DNA of 64,000 nucleotides from Centruroides vittatus (Eukaryota): NCBI RefSeq assembly GCF_030686945.1, contig NW_027122708.1, positions 5,738,248 to 5,802,247 of the forward strand, read 5' to 3'. Shown piece by piece: positions 63,079 to 64,000 of this stretch (position 1 is its first letter; each line of letters starts with the position of its first letter). The notes under the pieces were generated by a model. It saw only the letters and a program-made list of their open reading frames with translations, ran no database searches and was not told where the DNA came from. The position numbers and the translations under genes were made by a program.

Positions 63079-63212
63079 CTGAAATAGTGTAATAAGAACA
63101 GTACTTTAAGAATGCTGTAATTGTTCCAATATTTCAAATAAATTATTTTTAAAAATAAAATACTCATAAATTATTGAATTAATTTCTTAATAATTATGTA
63201 TAATAAAATAAC

Positions 63213-63323
63213 CTTAACACATTTGTCCACCAGATTGGCAGCATTGTTTCTATTTTGCAAGATTGTGATTTCAGATTCTGTTTCAAGTACAGATATTTGT
63301 GTTTGTTGGATTTCAATGGGGTG
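63213..63323 (-). CDS. NACHT-WD40 gene, candidate first coding exon (possible ATG at 63244)
   Basis: Acceptor ttaaag|c and donor AG|gtta. The frame that is phase-compatible with the next exon reads ..KIETMLPIWWTNVL-S. An alternative frame reads HPIEIQQTQISVLETESEITILQNRNNAANLVDKCVK. Lowest-confidence exon. Confidence 0.4.
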
Positions 63324-64000
63324 CTTTAAAGAAAAAAATTTGACTATTGTCTAAATTGTCATAATTTTTTACTCGGTGCAATTTTTTTACATCTCAGATG
63401 TTTTTGTTTGGATAACCGTTTTCCAAATACCTTCTCCAAACATTAAAAGTTTAATAAAATTTAATCGATTCAAAAACTCCATATCAATAGTCAGTCATTT
63501 CCATACAAATAAGAGCATGTTCATATGTGAAAATTGCTTGTTTTGCATTTTTGAGACACAAGCCCTGCTTCACATATAAGAGCATCTCATATGTGAGCCA
63601 GTTTGTTTTTGATTATAATAGCATTACACTGTCGTGTTGTGTCAATGTAAATTAAATATAAATGTATTGATACTGTAACTATTCAGTCAACATCTGTGGT
63701 AACCATTATTAAAAATACAGCAACAAGTTGCATAACTTTCCTGGCAAAAAGTTAAAATTGTGTGTGGCACCATCTTTTATATTTTATTTAAAAACTTTTA
63801 ATATTAGTCAAACTATAATCTGAATGATCAGGCAATTAATACGATTATTACAGAATATTTAGACTTGATTGTTTATGTATATCTACGATAATTTGTTAAC
63901 TAAAACGAAACAAAAAAAATATTTTAATGCTTCAGATGGCAATGTCTAAACTGCATACCAGTAATTATCTTGCTTTTGTTGCAATCCCCAGATACTCAAG

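Noticed and set aside
1-64000. A prokaryotic defence system or operon, as hinted by the prompt
   Set aside because: The sequence shows spliced exons with GT-AG introns, WD40 and NACHT metazoan-type domains, and eukaryotic TE families (PLE, hAT, mariner, LTR, MITEs). There are no operon-like ORF arrays, no CRISPR array, and no RBS-spaced genes.

Overview
This window is AT-rich (about 70% A+T) eukaryotic DNA, almost certainly from an invertebrate metazoan, and not a prokaryotic locus. The base composition, TE families and huge introns resemble cnidarian genomes such as Hydra, but that is only a guess. No CRISPR, tRNA, rRNA or bacterial operon structure was seen.

The dominant feature is one large host gene on the minus strand. 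It encodes a NACHT (P-loop STAND NTPase) plus WD40-repeat protein. I resolved 17 candidate exons from about 63323 down to 18925. They have GT-AG boundaries and splice phases that chain consistently, apart from one unresolved gap. The Walker A motif (GKSGYGKT) lies in the exon at 61128..61304 and the Walker B motif (LIIFIDGLD) in the exon at 55154..55301. At least six WD40 repeats are encoded between 31997 and 18925.

The multi-kb introns and flanks are packed with transposable-element debris:
- Penelope-like element (PLE) RT and GIY-YIG fragments at six or more loci, one forming a head-to-head inverted duplication.
- A mariner-like element carrying a nested solo LTR.
- An ~780 bp TG...CA solo-LTR-like family with 4-5 copies, three of them with clean 4-bp ATAN duplications.
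- A degraded hAT transposase (TTF-type zinc finger, DUF4371-like region and hAT dimerization domain).
- A pogo-like transposase fragment.
- Several TA-flanked MITEs, foldback hairpin families, long perfect palindromes and microsatellites.

The most striking single structure is a 2.24 kb element with ~400 bp, ~98% identical terminal inverted repeats. It carries only a gag-like ORF and sits precisely inside a PLE reverse-transcriptase ORF. Removing it plus one copy of a 2-bp TC duplication restores the RT reading frame.

All coordinates were derived by hand from the printed sequence. Exon and TE boundaries should be treated as accurate to within a few bp, except where they are anchored by the supplied ORF track.
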